Source: an uncultured delta proteobacterium (GTDB lineage Bacteria; Desulfobacterota; Binatia; Binatales; Binataceae). Taken from it: a DNA stretch of 64,000 nucleotides. The notes beneath the pieces were generated by a model, which was not told the DNA's origin, made no database searches, and saw only the letters and a program-made list of their open reading frames with translations. This document shows, in pieces, positions 62,298-64,000 of this stretch; the stretch's first letter is position 1, and every line of letters begins with the position of its first letter. Where the stretch lies: positions 472,149 to 536,148 of the forward strand of contig CAVQAG010000017.1 of assembly GCA_963710455.1 (NCBI GenBank), written 5' to 3'. The position numbers and the translations under genes were made by a program.

Positions 62298-62621
62298 TCA
62301 GTTGCGAAATTTATCTGTCATGCGTCGAAGCACTGATCGTGCTCCGCCACCTTGCGCCTTGGACGAATCGGAGGCGGCCGACGTGTCCGCGGCGGGGGAC
62401 TTGAGCGTCGCGAAAATATCCTCGACCTCGCCGTCAGCCGGAAAGCGGCCGGCCTCGGCCTTGGAAAAGATCACCTGGCCGTCGACGAGCACGTCGAACT
62501 GTCCGGTTTTGCCAGCCTTGATTTCGGCGTTCTCACCGAAGCGCTTTTGTAGCGAGGCGGCCAAACTGGCCGCGCGAGGTTTGTATCCTCAAGCTGAACA
62601 GTAGAGTATTTCGGTCGCCAT
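62298..62621 (-). CDS. Rdx family (SelW/SelT/SelH-like) protein, predicted selenoprotein (Sec at UGA 62589-62591, codon 11)
   Basis: MATEILYCSA-UGA-GYKPRAASLA...G..GQFDV.VDG..IFSK...RFP; AAGGAAGGA RBS; SECIS-like hairpin. Confidence 0.9.
62557..62573 (-). promoter_or_regulatory. Putative bacterial SECIS element
   Basis: GCGGCCA-GTT-TGGCCGC perfect 7-bp stem at nt 16-32 after the UGA. Confidence 0.72.
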
Positions 62622-62681
62622 CCGCGTTCCTTCCTTATCATTCCATTACATGCGCCTGCGCTTGCATTTGCACCGGCGTAG

Positions 62682-63248
62682 TCACTTTCCCTCGGGCAGG
62701 TCGACGAACACCGCCGCCGCGACCACCGAAGTCCACAAGCCGTCGCGGTCCCCAATTGCCGATTGAGTGGCGTTGCGCGTGGTTACGATCTTGTCCGAAA
62801 CGCGCCAGACGTCTTTGCGCACGTCGTAGCTGGCATTTGGATCAAAATCGACGCCCAGGATCGTCGCGAGCATCGTCGCGGCGAGATCCTCCGCATAATC
62901 GCCCGCCTTCTGATCAGTCTCGCCGAAGCTGTGATGCTCGGAAAGATAGCCGTACTGGCTCGGGTTGGCCGGAATCGCAACGCCGACCGACGCGGCGATG
63001 AGGCGGTGCGGTTCGTCGGTGGCATTGTCGCTGACCACGGCGAAAACGATCTGGCCGGGACTGAGGCGCTTGAGCCCCTCCTGCGGCGTGATCAGCTTGC
63101 AGTAAGGCGGAAAGATCGATTGGACGCGCACCAGGTTGTACTCGGCGATGCCGGCGGAGCGCAGTGCCAGCTCGAACGAGTTGAGTTTCTCGCGATGCTT
63201 GCCGACCCCCTTGGTCAGGAACACCCCCCTCGCAAAAGGCCCCATCAA
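62682..63248 (-). CDS. Pyruvoyl-dependent arginine decarboxylase family protein
   Basis: G.G.H..KL.SFE.ALR.AGI..YNLVRV.SIFPP, GY.SEHH, W..V.AAAVF. Confidence 0.82.
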   Translation of the reverse strand: MMGPFARGVFLTKGVGKHREKLNSFELALRSAGIAEYNLVRVQSIFPPYCKLITPQEGLKRLSPGQIVFAVVSDNATDEPHRLIAASVGVAIPANPSQYGYLSEHHSFGETDQKAGDYAEDLAATMLATILGVDFDPNASYDVRKDVWRVSDKIVTTRNATQSAIGDRDGLWTSVVAAAVFVDLPEGK

Positions 63249-63362
63249 CGGTCTCCCTCTGAAGCCCCTTTACGTCGCGCCGGAACGGAATCAGCCGAGC
63301 AGCTCACTCCATAAACGTAGCAGCAAGCGGGGAGCGATACACTGGGGGCCGCAAATCCTCGG

Positions 63363-64000
63363 TTACACGACGTTGACCGGCTGGTACTCGCCGAACACGC
63401 GGCGCATCGCGTCCGAGATTTCGCCGAGCGTCGCCCAGTTGCGCACCGCATCGACAATCGCCGGCATCAAGTTGCCGCCGTCGCGCGCCGCCGCCTCGAC
63501 GCGTTCCAACGCGATGCCGGCGGCGGCGGCGTTGCGCTCGGCGCGCAGGCGGGCCAGCCGCTCGCACTGCTTTTGCTCGATCTCGGGATTGACCCGAAGA
63601 AGGTCGATCGGCGGCTGCTCGCCGGTCGTGAACTGGTTGAGTCCGACGATGATCCGCTGCTTGGATTCGATTTCGCGCTGGTAGAGGTAGGCGGCGGACT
63701 GGATTTCGCGCTGCATGTAACCGCGCTCGATCGCGGACACCGCGCCTCCAAGGTCGTCGATCTTGCCCAAGTACTCCAGCGTCTTTTTTTCGAGTTTCCG
63801 CGTGAGGCTTTCGACGTAGTATGAGCCGCCGAGCGGATCTACGGTATCGGCAACGTCGGACTCATTGGCGATGATCTGCTGAGTGCGCAGCGCGAGCAGC
63901 GCCGATTGCTCGGTAGGAAGCGCCAGCGCCTCGTCGCGCGAGTTGGTATGGAGCGATTGCGCGCCGCCCAGGACCGCAGCCAGCGCCTGCAGCGTCACGC
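63363..64000 (-). CDS. Methylmalonyl-CoA mutase family, N-terminal (substrate-binding) subunit; 5' part outside window
   Basis: LGGAQSLHTNS.DEAL.LP, LRTQQII..E, DP.GGSYYVE, IVG.N.F, ATLGEI; no fused B12-binding domain. Confidence 0.9.
   Translation of the reverse strand, partial: VTLQALAAVLGGAQSLHTNSRDEALALPTEQSALLALRTQQIIANESDVADTVDPLGGSYYVESLTRKLEKKTLEYLGKIDDLGGAVSAIERGYMQREIQSAAYLYQREIESKQRIIVGLNQFTTGEQPPIDLLRVNPEIEQKQCERLARLRAERNAAAAGIALERVEAAARDGGNLMPAIVDAVRNWATLGEISDAMRRVFGEYQPVNVV

Overview
GC-rich bacterial chromosomal window, densely coding. I found no IS, prophage, CRISPR, rRNA or tRNA. The gene order (rpsB-tsf-pyrH-frr-uppS-cdsA-rseP-tsaB-DUF465-ilvN-ilvC-psd-pssA-leuA-leuB-asd-like-truA) is Deltaproteobacteria-like; a Binatota-type lineage is a guess, not shown by the sequence. 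Housekeeping genes (dinB, leuC/leuD, rluD, rho, HU, rarA, gyrB-gyrA, selA, ribBX, dsbD, cbiA-cobQ, mcm) are mixed with acyl-CoA/lipid-metabolism genes. The strongest hidden signal is two selenoprotein genes that the ORF track breaks at in-frame UGA codons: an AhpD-like peroxidase (CHY-U, 53279-53890 +) and an Rdx/SelW-like protein (CSA-U, 62298-62621 -). Each has a GU-loop SECIS-like hairpin just downstream of the UGA, and selA lies in the same window. Other notable items: an unannotated Leu-rich leader peptide and attenuator before leuA, a structured rho 5' leader, two divergent tandem-repeat proteins between leuC and leuD, a zinc-ribbon/TonB-C-like/2xBON membrane protein, an RseP with a large insertion, several apparent pseudoenzymes, and three single-base frameshifts (MaoC-like, cobQ, chdC) that may be sequencing errors.
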